From: Phoronis australis
Lineage: Eukaryota > Animalia > Phoronida
DNA length: 64,000 bases
Direction of reading: 5' to 3'
NCBI GenBank assembly: GCA_002633005.1
Contig: NMRA01000021.1
Location: 78,570-142,569 of the forward strand
Shown piece by piece: positions 21,101-35,249 of this stretch. The stretch's first letter is position 1, and every line of letters starts with the position of its first letter. Both the position numbers and the translations under genes were made by a program. Below the pieces are notes generated by a model. The model was not told where the DNA came from. It saw only the letters and a program-made list of their open reading frames with translations, and ran no database searches.

Positions 21101-24100
21101 TTTTACATTGTCGTTTTTTTTTTGTCAGCAGATTGAGAAGAATGAAAATAAGAGCCAATGCACTGTAATATTTCAGTAATCTCCATGATATGTAGAGCAG
21201 AAAACGCTTTGGCTAGGCTTTCATTTCTGATCAGGAAGATTTTGAAGTGTGACTCAGGAAGTAACATGGCTGTAAGGTTTGTCATCTACTGTTTTACCCC
21301 GAATATAAGGTCTGTCATCTACGGTATTACCCCAAATATAAGGTCTGTCATTGACTGTATTACCCCGAATGTAAGACCATTGCTGTGTTTTCCCAAACTT
21401 CATCTGACACTTTCCGTTAGGATTGATACATCCTCGAAGTTAAACATTTTTGTTCATATCAGAATGCAAAGAACCGTGACTATAACGCCGTGAACTTATA
21501 TTCTGTGTAATACAGTAAGAAAAATTATAATTTCTGAACATGGTTGGGGACTCAGTGCCATGTTTGAAAAAGTGATGGAAAAACACTTGTTGCTAGAGTG
21601 TAACTGCTTCTGTTAAAATAATTAGATGCACCCTTTGCTATGTTTTCTAGCCAACAAGATATCTCTGATCTGCTCCAACTGGCACAGCATCACAGCTTGG
21701 AGGTGATTCCGCTTGTCCAGTCTTTTGGACACTTAGAATTTGTCCTCAAGCATGACCGGTTCAGACACCTGCGAGAGGTGGAACGCTATCCAATGGCTCT
21801 CTGTCCGTGCCATCCAGGTAACAGCCTTAATAGAAACCTATAACCATTGGAGTGCAAAAAATAGCCTCAAGCAGCTGAAGGGGAACCTGGCTATCAGTCA
21901 TGAACAGTTTGGAGGATTTAAATTTTACTAAAATGCTTTTACAACAGAATCCAGACATGCTTCGTTTCTGCAGAGGATGCAGAAAGTGCATGTTTCGTAC
22001 AAAAAACTTTCTTGTCTGGAAGTTATGACATTCAGGAAAAATTGCAGGTTTTGAGAAGAAAACTGGTCACATGACTACAGGTTTCTTGGATTATTTTGAT
22101 ACACATGCTATGTTTGTGTGATTATAAAGGATTTCTAAAATTCGTTTTTTCATGAGCTAGTGATTAGTATTTGAAAGTTATTTTGGGATTGGTAACCCCT
22201 GGGGAATATAGACATTAATCTATAAGATGTAGTTGGCTACCTTGTTTACTAAGGATCAGAATTTTTAAATAGCTATTAGTGTCAATAGTAGACCCATCAA
22301 ACTGTATCATAATTTTTGATGATCTTAGAATCTTATGTACACGAAGCCAATAACCAGGTGTTCGACTGCATTTTTTCCTCAAAAATTTAGATTTTTCATG
22401 GAGATATCTATATTTTCTACTTACACACTATTTTTTACTTCAAAACTTGCAAATTCTGTTTCTATCAGCTTAGTAGGCATATCTTGGATTTTCTCTTAGC
22501 CAGATTTCGGTTGTCAAATATCACTACATCTGCTTTTTAAAGGAACATTGGCGTTTTCATTTTCAAAATCTTGGTTCTTGGACTAAAAGTCCTAAAAAAG
22601 AAAATCTCAGGCACTTTTTGTGGAGCTAATAGAATAAAAATGCAGAATAAAAATACAGAATTTTCAAGTTTCACACTGAAATGTTCATGTTTGTAGAAAT
22701 TATGACGACTCTGTGAAAAATCAAGATTTTTTAGGAAAAGGACGGTATTAATTTTGCTCTCATAAGACTCTGTGATCATCAAGGATTTTCAAAATTTGTA
22801 CTGTTGCGAGTCTACAATTAAATGTCTTTAAAAGTTTTTCGAGAAATTTGATCTTTTGTAACACATATTGCGTCAACAATATTTGAAACTGAAACAAATA
22901 TTCACTGAAGAAAAAAGTTATTCCATTCTGTTTGATTGAATAAATTGTAATTACAATCGTAAACGAGGCTTTTTGCCTTATTTTTAGTTGGTTGAGCTGC
23001 GCTTCAGATGACATTAGGTAATAATTTAGGCATTCACTGAGTAAATGTATATGTATGTATGTATGAACGTACACTTGTATGGCTTAAAACTGTAATAATG
23101 TGGTCAAAAAATTGTTTGTTACAACGGTTTCGCCAATGTTGACCTTTTGCTTTATTTTCAGACTCGTTGGATGTGGTGGTGGCTATGATCAGTCAAATGT
23201 TGAGTCTTCATTCAGAGGTCAAATGGTTACATGTTGGTGCTGATGAGGTAATACTGTGACCATCAGTCTACTGTGCTGTTGAAGATAAAAAACTTTAATT
23301 TCAAAAATTGAACATGAAATTTGACTCTTGTATATTTATTAAATAAATGATAAAACCGCACTTGTGTCAGGTCTAACCCTCAGTGTGATATGCTAATTAG
23401 AACGGAGGCTTAAAGCAAAATTTTGTGTAATTGTACACAGGAATTTTCCTGCTTTTATTTGCATTGTCAGAAGGTAGTTAAACAAGATTCAATCGTTGCT
23501 GTATTCCTTTCCTATACATGCACATGTAATTAAGCTCAAATTATATATGTCTGCGGGTTGGACATTCACAAGGTATTCCACTTGGGTGTGTGCGAGAAGT
23601 GCCAAGCCAAGATGGCAGAGAACAATTGGACGAAAGTGGATCTGTTCCTCGACTACATGTGTCGTCTGCTTCGCATGTGCCAGAAGATGTTTCCTCACGT
23701 GACCTTCATCATGTGGGATGACATGTTGCGCAGGGTCAAGGACACCAAAGTGTTGGAAAGTGAGTAAAAAGTTCTGCACTGGGGTATTCCAGGGTGCACT
23801 GCAACAAAGACACGGTTCACCAACATGTATCTCCACCTAGTGTTCCCCATTTGTCTGAATGCTATAGACATGCTTGTGAATTCTTGAGTCGGTTCATCTT
23901 CAACAATGAGTTGTCATATTTTCCAAGCTCATAAATTAATTCTAATTTGATTTTCATGGTTACCAGTTGCTAATCTGATGGGTTGAATGATGTAATTCAC
24001 AAGTTGGTGTTTTTGACAAAGTTGTAATTTCGTGAAGGTGGGTGCATTAGAACAAACACTTTCTGAATCGAGGTGACTGGATGGTCAATGAAATAATGAC

Positions 24101-27100
24101 CCACATGCCTAACTATGCTGGAGGTGAAATTCCTAATTGCTATGCACAAACCACCCGTTCTGTGTATTTTACCATATGTTTTGTAAATGACCTATGACAA
24201 GCTCCGCCCCTTGCGAAATGCAACGTGTTGTTTGTCGGGTAAAATGGCGGCTTAGAAACGAAGGTGTGTCAAGAATGCTGCGTTCTGATTGGTCAATTAA
24301 GTCAATTTCGAAATATGTGGTTTTGATTACCAAGTGATTATTGACAAAATGAACATTATTTTCAACTTTTTGTTCTCACAGTAACTCTCACTTAAGAGTG
24401 GACACAACCCCGGGTTCCATTGAAGAAATTAACTTTTGATCTAGGCCCCATGCTGCTATATAACTGATCTCAATTTGTTCGTAACTCGGATGAAAAGTGG
24501 TTTGTGGTTGTGAGAAAAACTGAGAGTTCATTATTGCTTGAGACCATGATTGATGCGTAAAACAAGATGCTGTGTCAAGTCAACTGTCGTTTATGTTTAA
24601 GCCCAGAAATCACTTCTAATTAGATTTATGAACAATTTGATATCAGTGTCTTCAGAGTTAGTGATCTAAGCTGGAAGTTAAGTGTTTATGGCGATTGGCG
24701 GAAGCCGCTTTATAATGACTTGTGTTTGTTTGTCCGTTTGTTTTACAGACTCAGGTATAGGAACATTAGCGGAGTTGATGGTTTGGCATTATCTGGATAC
24801 ATTTGATCTGGAACCAGGTGAGTTGATCATTCAGCAGTTTTAGGGTTTGTGCAATGGTTGTGTACTTATATTTTGTTTTTAGTGTAGATTGTATAGACAT
24901 CTTTTGACCTGATAATGGCATGTCAAACCCATATTCAGTTTCTTCAGCTGGCTATTAATGTTACTTCCAATTAAGCTGATTGTTTTCTTCATATGTGTTA
25001 TGAAAAGCATAAGAAAGTGAAGAAAAAAAAACATACTGGTGAGCTTAATTATTTGTAGAGGCTTGTTAAGGCCAGTATGTTGTTTAATATGTGACTTGAT
25101 ACAGTAGCTCCAGCTCACAAAGTCTGAAGTTAAAAAATTTGAACTACGGTGCTTGCAACGTGCTTGACTTTGAACTGGTACCTTTCTAAATGTTTCACAT
25201 ATTTATTAAGATTTTCATTCAAATCCTGCTTTTGACCTCGGCATGAGAAATCATGAAACTTCGGTCTCTTGCCGTAGCTTTAGTGAATGAAAGTAAGGTG
25301 TTGAAAGTCACCACCCCTTTGTGTGCCTTCTGTATTTTAGCTTAGTGCAACCTACGGAAGGGCATAAGGCCTTTTTAGAGTAGAAATATTTTGGTCTGGT
25401 TGATGCTGAAAGTCTTAACTTTTTGCCACTTTATATTGGATTCAGATCTATTCAGTCGCTACTCTAAAGTGTTCCCTTCGCTATGGGCTGCATCAGCTTT
25501 CAAGGGGGCGACAGGTCCAACACAACAGACCACAGACATCACCTATCACCTACAGAATCACAGGGCATGGCTGGACAGGATGACACAAGAAGCTGGAAAG
25601 TTCACCTGTTTCCGTGGATATGCTCTTACCGGATGGCAGAGGTGTGCATTTGTGGCTGGCATAGTATGATTTGGATAGATTATGAAGTTTTAAACTCTTG
25701 ATTGATCAATATTTCCAATTCGTATTGATGGCTGTGATTATCATATTTTGAAGTATGAAAATCAATATATTGACCTCAGGGAAAGTTTGTATAATATCGG
25801 AGACAAGATAATAAATTTCATTTAAAAGTATTCTCAAAACATCTTGTCTTAAATTGTTAAAATTCAGGCTTAATTTCAAATGATTTATTGATGGTATATT
25901 TCTTTTATGTTTGGCTTCCGTCTGAGATCACACCATAATTCAGTGATGCTCGACATTTTTTGAGAGAATTTGTCAACAACTGCATTGTATTTTAATTGTG
26001 TAAGAACATTTCCACATATTTGGTAATTTATATCCTTATATACTGGTTTAATAAGATATTTTTGATATTGTTCTACAATCAGCCTCTTTTTTTCTTTTTT
26101 AGGTATGACCACTATGCCACCTTGTGTGAGCTTTTACCTGTTGGTCTACCGTCTCTAGTTGCCTGCTTGGCATGTTTAAAGCATGGTAAGGAGTGGCCCA
26201 GTACCTTCCACCTTGTGTATGTCTTCATTAAAATATTGCATTATGGTCTCTTTAATAGTCATTTGACTTGTTTCCTCTCATTTGAAACAGCAACAACCCC
26301 ACCTTCCATGAGCAGTAGCTTAAAGGGATACTAAACCCTGTTTTGGTGATTTCATCCAATCATCGTTCTGTCATTTGCCCATGCACCATTGGCATCCCAC
26401 TTCAGTGACGAAAGCAGGATTCAACTTAAAACTTGTTCTCTCTGTGTCGGAGATTGAATGTAATGGTTCTTGATGGATGGTCTTTCCCTACAGTTGTCAT
26501 GTAATTGACCTAAAGTATAAGTTACGCTTGCCTGTTAGCAGACTGTTGAAGAAGTTTTCAAATTTTGCTCCCAACACTGAGGGTTGTTGAGACTTAGCTT
26601 TATGATTTTGTTTCAGAGAACTGGAAGGGAAAGTTGTTTTTAATAATAGACCAAAATTGGGTTTAGTATCGTTTTAATTTTGACCCCATACGATTATGAA
26701 ATCGGTCTGCTCCTCATTCAAATGAGAGGTGATTTCTATGCATTCTGAGAGAGCTTTCAGTTATTGATTGAGAGCATAATTGACTCATAAAATTACTCGT
26801 GGCAGGCTAACTTTTTGATCCTGTGTCTTAGTTTTATCCAAGCCCAGAAACCACTTGTTGTTTGAGTAAGGATTAGGTTCGGACCAGTTCTAGTGGTTAG
26901 TGATCTAGATGAAATGTTTGTTGCTTTGATGGTACAGGTTTTAATTGCAGCTTTAACATAATGAATGCCATGGGAAGAAACACACTTTTGTATAACTTGT
27001 TTGTGGTAAACAAATCTGCGTATGAACACCTGTAGTTTCTGTTGTAAATTATCCAAGCCTGAATACCAGGCTTTGTCCTGCACTGAACTGAAGAAATATC

Positions 27101-30100
27101 TTGATATCTGAGAGGACTGCTGTGGAGAATTCACCCTTTAGATATGCTTGACGTGGTGAAAATGTATTGGCTAGATTTCAGTCTAAGGATAACACTGATT
27201 TGTAACTTGGCTGTTTATTTCTCGAATGCCAAACTAGGGTGTCTTCACTTTCTGAATTTTCGTATGCAATTTCGTATACGACTTTTTTACCTTGAAAATT
27301 TGTTTTAAGTCACGTGTCACCTACAGTTATTTGTATACGACATTTGAACATGAACTTGCATAAGACAGTGGAGTGAGTTGACAATAATTCAAACATCCTA
27401 AACATTGGTATCAGAAAATTGGAAGTGTGTAGTCAGTGATCCAAAATTCATACGTGCCCTCCTATGTTAAAATCAGAAGTAGATACAGGACTTTACATTG
27501 CGTCTTTATTGTGATACATTTGTCTACACTTCTGCTCAAATTTATCCCTTCCATTCATTACCATAGTTGCCAGCTTGCTTCTCCATAGACATTGTACTAT
27601 TTTTTAGGTTTGTTTTTATAGGTACATTTAACCTGGATACTCATAAGAAGGTGGCAGAGGGGCTTGGGTTTGTTGATGGGATGCCACTCGCGCCGTTTCT
27701 AAAGTAAGTGTAATTCTTGGTACGGTGTTTGGTAGGCTCTGTGTTGTTGCTGAATGAAATCTAACTCATCTTGTGATGCCTGGTATGTGTTCAGTAAGGG
27801 GACATGGTAAAACCACGGTTATTTTGCATTCATCACGGTAGATGATTTGTGTCACTGGGTAACTTGTGGTTGTCTGCATGAATGAAATTGCAAAAAAATG
27901 TATTTGAAAATTAAGTCAAGCACGTCTCTCGTATGCAATTGTTTGTTGTTTTATCTTCATCGAAGTATATATGATAAACGTGTGACTACTTTGTCAATTA
28001 AGCTATTTCCATAAAAACATTGGCTTCACTTTGATGTCAAAACATGTGAGGACCTGATAACAAATTGACCGTATGAATAGGTAGGTACAGATGTTGCAGG
28101 TTACATGTAAAAAATAGTTGCAATGCAATAAAACTCAGGATTTTTTTGTCAAGGATAAAATACGTTTTTTTTTCTGGGGCTCTTTGTATTATGTCGAGAT
28201 TTTGTATTTTCCATTTAAATGTGTTAAACCTGGTGCCCGTTCCACTGAAGCAAAGTGCTTGGGTGTAATTGTAGTAAGGTCACAGGCTTGGTGTATAATA
28301 CATGGTGATATCTTGCTAGTACTTGCACCGTCTTGCCTAACTCTCATGACAGTAGTGTTGCACAAGACAATCTTGAATGGGCTCCACAGTGTATCTATTC
28401 TGTATGTGATTTGTCAGACATTTGAAGGCCATTTTCATTATAATTGACAATAGTCTGGGGTTGGTGTTGTCACAACATGGTGTCTTCTGTATGCAGATAT
28501 TTAATTTATTTGACAGGGCTCTCCTCTCTCATATTTAATCTCTGTCCAGGAACTCCACATTCCAGATTGAAAATAGCACTACAGGATCGCACGAAAATAT
28601 CCTGTTACATTGAATGCGAGTGTATGAACAGGCAAACTTTATCGCCTGCACAGGGTTCTCCATATCTCAAAATTTTAAGATAGCGGAAACATGCTAGACA
28701 ATGTAGGGCGCTTGTGCACTAACAACCGCAGGCTATCAAACAAATTGTCTCCTTGTTGTGGTGGTTTTAGGCAGTCCAGTCAAGATTTTTTAAAACTTAC
28801 ATCTCATTTTCTGCATTTTACAAAATCTTTTTGTTTAAATAGGTTATTTCCAGAAGGAATGAAATCTGCATAGTAGTGTGTTAGGTGTTTTTTTAATGGT
28901 GCTGTAATGAAAATAATTATTGTTAAAATTAAGATATTTATTATTTAACTGCAATTTCCTGTGCTGTCCTTATAGTATAGAAGATAAGTCTGAACAGAGT
29001 TTCACTTTTAAGGACAGTTCCACCTCCAGGCATTTGTTTGTTAACTTTTGTTACAGTTAGTATCAATTCCCACACTAGGTACTGTTCTGAGTAGTCAGCC
29101 CTTCACTTAAAATGGCAGGAGAATTTAAAGAGTGCTCAAAGTCAGCCAGTGAAATTGAAAGAGGGCACAGCACCCTGTTGTAACAGCGCTCAGCATGACA
29201 TTCAAACATATAATGAAAGGGGGGGGGGTTGCCATAGGTAACTAATTCACCAGATATTGTCAGCTCACATCAGGCTTATTCAGGTTCTAAGCTCAGTGGC
29301 TGTGGTATAATGACAACAGTTAGAACAAACAGCATAATCCCTTGAAAGGTTAGGTCATTTCTTCTGAAGCCCAGTGTACTTTGGACACTGAATGATGTGC
29401 ATGGCATTGTCCTCTGTTGTTGAGGTTTGTGTGACTTCTTGACACATCCTTTCCAATTTGATGTTTTTAGATTTTGTGTCTAAATATTTTAGTTTACACA
29501 GTATGTGGTTTTGTATTGTCCTAATCTCTCTGTGTCTGACTGACATCTGCTCACGAGCCTTTGAAGGGTTTGCCTGAAATTTGGCAGACATGCGGCTCTG
29601 GTAACATTTTTCCAACTTCGGACAAACATAGCTGTCAAAATCGTTCTGCTTTTTCAAGGGCTTTAACAATCTAGAGAATGACCACAATTTCTCAAAAGTT
29701 TGTCTGATGGTAGTAAACTTATAAAGCGTTTATTTGACACAACTTCTTTTTTTATGAAAAATGAAACTTAAAATCCGCTTGTCCTCATTGTTAGCTAGAA
29801 TTTAACCGTAACATGGAGAGAATGGATGGCACGTGTTGGTTTTACTCGTCCAAAGGTTATTGGGCGCTCACTGATGAGTACTCACAGTTTATCAGTGAAG
29901 GGCTGGTTTGGTAATATAGACCAGTGAAATCAAATCATTGTGACAAATTTGTTTGTGAGAAGCTCATTTTGCCACTGTTTCACCCTTATTTCAGCTTCGG
30001 AACCGTGCCAGTTTGTCAGTTCCCTGGCAGTGAGGTGTATGTGGGTATGCATGAATATCTTCAGCTAGACATCCAGTACTTTCAGTTTCTCAGACATGAG

Positions 30101-33100
30101 AGGTAGGTCAAAAGTGTCCTTATACATCGAAAGGTAGAATACAGATTGTAATACGTGTTTTCATGTTGGTCCTATGTTAACTAGATAAAGATAAATTGCT
30201 TTAGACTTTATGACAAAGACTTTCTCTTTTTAATTAAATGTAGGCATTATCAACCCCATCTCTGACCACTGGCCTGCACTAAATATTTCTGACGGTAGGT
30301 GGTTCTTAGCAGCTTTTCATTTCTCGCTCTTACTTATCACTAATTATGTCACTTGGCAGAAGTAATGTTTTTGTTCAAATCAGTATATGAGATGTTAGAG
30401 TTCAGTACGCCCTCTGTTGTAAGCCTGAATAGAACGTGATCTTCTTGCAGTCATCTGCACGCATGGATGAATGATTACCAAGTGAGACGNNNNNNNNNNN
30501 NNNNNNNNNNNNNNNNNNNNNNNNNNNNNNNNNNNNCCAGGCATTTGTTTGTTAACTTTTGTTACAGTTAGTATCAATTCCCACACTAGGTACTGTTCTG
30601 AGTAGTCAGCCCTTCACTTAAAATGGCAGGAGAATTTAAAGAGTGCTCAAAGTCAGCCAGTGAAATTGAAAGAGGGCACAGCACCCTGTTGTAACAGCGC
30701 TCAGCATGACGTTCAAACATATAATGAAAGGGGGGGGGGTTGCCATAGGTAACTAATTCACCAGATATTGTCAGCTCACATCAGGCTTATTCAGGTTCTA
30801 AGCTCAGTGGCTGTGGTATAATGACAACAGTTAGAACAAACAGCATAATCCCTTGAAAGGTTAGGTCATTTCTTCTGAAGCCCAGTGTACTGTGGACACT
30901 GAATGATGTGCATGGCATTGTCCTCTGTTGTTGAGGTTTGTGTGACTTCTTGACACATCCTTTCCAATTTGATGATTTTAGATTTTGTGTCTAAATATTT
31001 TAGTTTACATAGTATGTGGTTTTGTATTGTTTTAATATCTCTGTGTCTGACTGACATCTGCTCACGAGCCTTTGAAGGGTTTGCCTGAAATTTGGCAGAC
31101 ATGTGGCTCTGGTAACATTTTGCCAACCTCGGACAAACATAGCTGTCAAAATCGTTCTGCTTTTTTCAAGGGCTTTAACAATCTAGAGAATGACACAATT
31201 TCTCAAAACTTTGTCTGATGGTAGTAAACTTATAAAGCGTTTATTTGACACAAATTTTTTTATGAAAAATGAAACTTAAAATCCGCTTGTCCTCATTGTT
31301 AGCTAGAATAACCGTAACATAGAGAGAATGGATGGCACGTGTTGGTTTTACTCGTCCAAAGGTTGTTGGGCGCTCACTGATGAGTACTCACAGTTTATCA
31401 GTGAAGGGCTGGTTTGGTAATATAGACCAGTGAAATCAAATCATTGTGACAAATTTGTTTGTGAGAAGCTCATTTTGCCACTGTTTCACCCTTATTTCAG
31501 CTTCGGAGCCGTGCCAGTTTGTCAGTTCCCTGGCAGTGAGGTTTATGTGGGTATGCATGAATATCTTCAGCTAGACATCCAATACTTTCAGTTTCTCAGA
31601 CATGAGAGGTAGGTCAAAAGTGTCCTTATACATCGCAAGATAGAATACAGATTGTAATACGTGTTTTCATGTTGGTCCTATGTTAACTAGATAAAGATAA
31701 ATTGCTTTAGACTTTATGACAAAGACTTTCTCTTTTTAATTAAATGTAGGCATTATCAACCCCATCTCTGACCACTGGCCTGCACTAAATGTTTCTGACA
31801 GTAGGTGCTTCTTAGCAGCTTTTCATTTCTCGCTCTTACCAGATGTTCTAAATCACTAATTATGTCACTTGGCAGAAGTAATGTTTTTGTTCAAATCAGT
31901 ATATGAGATGTTAGAGTTCAGTACGCCCTCTGTTGTAAGCCTGAACAGAACGTGATCTTCTTGCAGTCATCTGCACGCATGGATGAATGATTACCAAGTG
32001 AGACGAAATTTTGTCAACCCTGTTCACGTCGAGCAGTTTTTACCTACTGTTTCCAGGTATGTCATACATTGTTAGTAGACCGTACCTGTCTTCAAGACAT
32101 TCTTCTTGTATTCTCAGTTGCATGTAAAACTTCCTTTGTGCAGTGATGATGGCATGCATAACATCGTACAAAAGGTACTGATTGTGAAGTCTTAGAGAAC
32201 TGTTATCTTTTTGAAGGCTTTTTGGGCCATTTGGCATATTTTACTTATACGTGGTATTGTGAAGCTTTTCAATGTTTCTGTATCTTAATGAAATCTATGA
32301 AAATGGAAGTTCCTCAAACTTGAAGTGCTGATCCCCAGACTAAGTTCCGAAAACATCGGTTGAAGTAAGCTGCTACGTTCCCTCCTTTTTCAGTTCTAAT
32401 AACTGTGCTCAGTGGTTGAGACGCTTGCTGTCAGCTTTGGTATATCAGTAACAATTTTGTCATTTGACTTGAGCCGTAGTTTCAGAAATTTATTTTAAAA
32501 ACAATTCAGCAGCAATTCAGCTGTTGAGGCATACAGTGTTAGCATTGTACATTTACTGCTCACAGTGTCACTCTGAAAGATTCAAAATGCTTTTGAGATA
32601 CTGAAATATGCCAGATTGACCTGCAAAAGTGTGATGTTTCGCTTTAACTGGTCTTGATGTTGAACCAGAAACATTTATGTACTATAAGACATACCAATTT
32701 TTTACTTCCAATATCTCTGAGATTAATGGACCAAAAACCAAGCTAATTCCAGTTTATTTTTGTTAAAAATAAATATTAAATATTGTCAAAATCTTGTTAG
32801 GTAATTTTAAAACAGTCAGTATACAGCTATAGTACCTGTCCTTTCAATCTACACTCTATGTGGCCTCTTTCAATAATAAAATGCAGTCTTTTTTTCCGTT
32901 TTGAAATTAAGTAATGCTTTAAAGTTTCTGAATTTCTTCTCGATAGAAAAAAAGGTCTGTTGAGAGTGGTCTGTTGAGAGTGGTCTGTTGAGAGTGGTCT
33001 GTTGAGAGTGGTCTGTTGAGAGTGGTCTGTTGAGAGTGGTCTGTTTGCGGCTAAGTCATCACTGTGGCTGTTACATGTGTTGTTCAAATACAATAGTCAC

Positions 33101-33667
33101 CGAAAAAATCCATTTTTGATCATTTGAATTGAAAATAAGAAACTGAAACACATCAGAAAAAGGAAGTTGACCTGATGTGCACTATAAGGAGAATGTTTTC
33201 TTTATCAAAACACTGACAGTGTGTTAGATAGAAACATATATATCTTGATGAAAATTTGTCTATTTTTTCAAAATTATCAACAGGATATCGCTATATATAA
33301 AGGTTCAAGGTTCAGGTTTTTCAAAGTGCTTGAAGAGTAACTGCCATTTTTTGCTTATTATCTCATATCACGCGTAGTCTTTCTTCAACTTTCATATGGT
33401 GTTGCATCATCCAATGTTCTGTATTTTCCCAGAATGCTCGAGAGATTCCAGCAATTGTCCAACAGAATTACTTCGGCAATGTCTGCTGTATTTTTTCCCG
33501 ATGTCCTTGAGGAATGGGTCGAGGTCAATGTACAGCCAAAGACGCGTAAACTGTCGGAGATACTCGCCAAAGGAGAACGGATGATCTCAGTCGGTGCTGG
33601 AGTGAAGGGTACTGCGAGTAGCTGTAGTGGCGACGCTGGTGAGCAGATGGATGTGAATAATTTGTGA
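18171..33667 (+). CDS. HEXD: Hexosaminidase D (GH20 family, HEXD/HEXDC-like)
   Basis: Exons: 18171-18187 (MQRDFR, tentative; alternative 18621-18691), 20429-20483 ([11 protein letters not shown]), 20896-21005 ([11 protein letters not shown]), 21651-21817 ([15 protein letters not shown]), 23162-23247 (HVGADE catalytic), 23573-23759 (MWDDMLR), 24749-24817 (MVWHY), 25446-25641 ([15 protein letters not shown]), 26103-26185 ([12 protein letters not shown]), 27622-27703, 29995-30102 (copy 31501-31608; CQFPGSEVY), 31967-32056, 33433-33667. All GT-AG with compatible phases. AATAAA at 33842. Confidence 0.93.
21271..21375. repeat. 33-bp minisatellite, 3 copies
   Basis: RTAAGGTCTGTCATCTACTGTATTACCCCGAAT-like unit repeated tandemly in a HEXD intron. 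Confidence 0.85.
26324..26673. mobile_element. Kolobok-type MITE
   Basis: TTAA on both flanks; TIRs AGGGATACTAAACCCTGTTTTGGT / rc AACGATACTAAACCCAATTTTGGT. Confidence 0.75.
29026..32005. other. About 1.46-kb near-identical duplication on either side of a 47-N scaffold gap (30490-30536); probable haplotype/assembly artefact
   Basis: 29026-30489 matches 30537-32005 apart from scattered SNPs and small indels; the breakpoint coincides exactly with the gap. Confidence 0.85.
32954..33044. repeat. 14-bp tandem repeat (GGTCTGTTGAGAGT), about 6.5 copies
   Basis: Directly visible, no spacers. Confidence 0.95.
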
Positions 33668-34796
33668 ATTAATTGGAAATTTTGTTTTGTTTCATTTTGA
33701 TTCAGTTTTGTTTCTGAGGGCTGCTTTTGCAGAAAAATGAGACCGTGTATGTCAACAAAGGTGATGTAGGATACTTCGTCTCTACCCTTCTTGTTTAGCA
33801 CATTGGCGACCTCTATCAGTATGAGCAACAGGGACTTTGAGAATAAACTATTGAACCTTTTGTTCCCAACACTCGTGCTGGTGTCATGGTGTGTACACTT
33901 GCATTAGCGACAAGGTGATAAATAGTGCAGCAACATTGTGGTTCACACATTGTATGCTGTGAATATTCCTCCAACTGTTGTCTGTGTGAATTCTCTGCAG
34001 TCAGGGTTAGTTTTTTGTGTGTGTGATTGTGTGCGACTTCACTGCATGTATTATGTGGATAGCTGGAATTTCTTGTATCAGTCACGCTGCCGCAGGATTT
34101 TAGTTGAAGGACTCTTGATTCCTGGTTGTTCTGTGTTTTCTTCTCAATGAATCCATGGATTTAGCAAAACGAAAAAATTCTGAGAGATGTTTTATGTTTG
34201 TCATTATTATGACAATGTATCATTTTGGCAATGTCAGTGAAAGTACATGCACACTTGGCTAGACACATCTCCACTTGTCCACCATAACTTCATTTGTCGT
34301 TCGTTGATGCGGAACTCTTGAGCCCTACAACTTGATTTTTATGACTGCTGGTGATTGAGGCCAAATGAAACCATGTCATTTGGCTAGCAATAAACTAACT
34401 GTATGGGATATTTTTTCCTTGTTAATTACAGGGTTGATCTGTTGATTGACTTTGTGGAGTTGTCACCTCAAACTTTGTGTTGCCTTCAATGACGTAAACG
34501 ACATTTCAATTTTTTTGTTTTTTATGTGATTGTTAATTACAAGGTTGATCTGTTGATTGACTTTGTTCGGTTGTAATCTCGAACTTTGTGTCACCTTCAA
34601 TAACAATGGTCCGACATGCGCGGCCTCCGCACATCTGGTACAAGATGTATCAAACTGCCTGCAATTATTTTCTTTTTCAATAACACGAATGACATTTCAA
34701 TTTTTGTTTTTTGCGCGATTATTAATTACAGAGTTGATCTGTTGATTGGCTTTGTTTAACTCTGCTCTCGAGTCCGCCGTACAGTCTATACCATTA

Positions 34797-35184
34797 CTAC
34801 TTTTGTGAGAATTCTCTTTGGTTGTCACACTGCAGCACAAATTTGGTGCTGCATTGGTGGACAGCATTTAAGCCTTTGTCGCAATCAATAGACAAGTATA
34901 TGGGATGCTTATACATATCATGTTGTCCTGTGGAACTGCACAAAGTTGTGTACATTTCATGGACTTGTAGACTGGCCATAGTAGTGGAAGCAGCACGACT
35001 GTGTAGGTCTGGATGTACCCGTGGCAGCAAACGCAAGCATCAGTCGTTTCCAGTATTGTGCAATTAGCGCACTGACACCATGACAAGTCATTTTTGGGTG
35101 GCATTCTCCTTTAAAAGAGACCTGAACTACATGTTTCATTATTTTAGAATGAATTTCGAAAGTATCAAGGTTGATTTCTGACAT
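34797..35184 (-). pseudogene. Decayed P2X7 C-terminal (ballast)-like Cys-rich domain, probably TE-borne
   Basis: SWCQCANCTILETTDACVCCH and, in another frame, IDCDKGLNAVHQCSTKFVLQ resemble the WCxCGxC...ECxCC...GFxAVCLNxxVL pattern. Frameshifted. Confidence 0.6.
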
Positions 35185-35249
35185 TCATAATTATCTTCAT
35201 TAATACTTTAATTACCTATTCAAATATTAAGCTAATACCAAAGCACACA

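Noticed and set aside
29026-32005. Apparent tandem duplication of HEXD exon 11 (possible mutually exclusive exons)
   Set aside because: The copies, introns included, are near-identical and meet exactly at an N gap, typical of two uncollapsed haplotypes.
32954-33044. CRISPR-like short repeat array
   Set aside because: No spacers, eukaryotic intron; ordinary minisatellite.
32561-33223. Transib/RSS-like element starting CACAGTG
   Set aside because: Only about 10/13 inverted match at the far end, no TSD and no nonamer; too weak to call.
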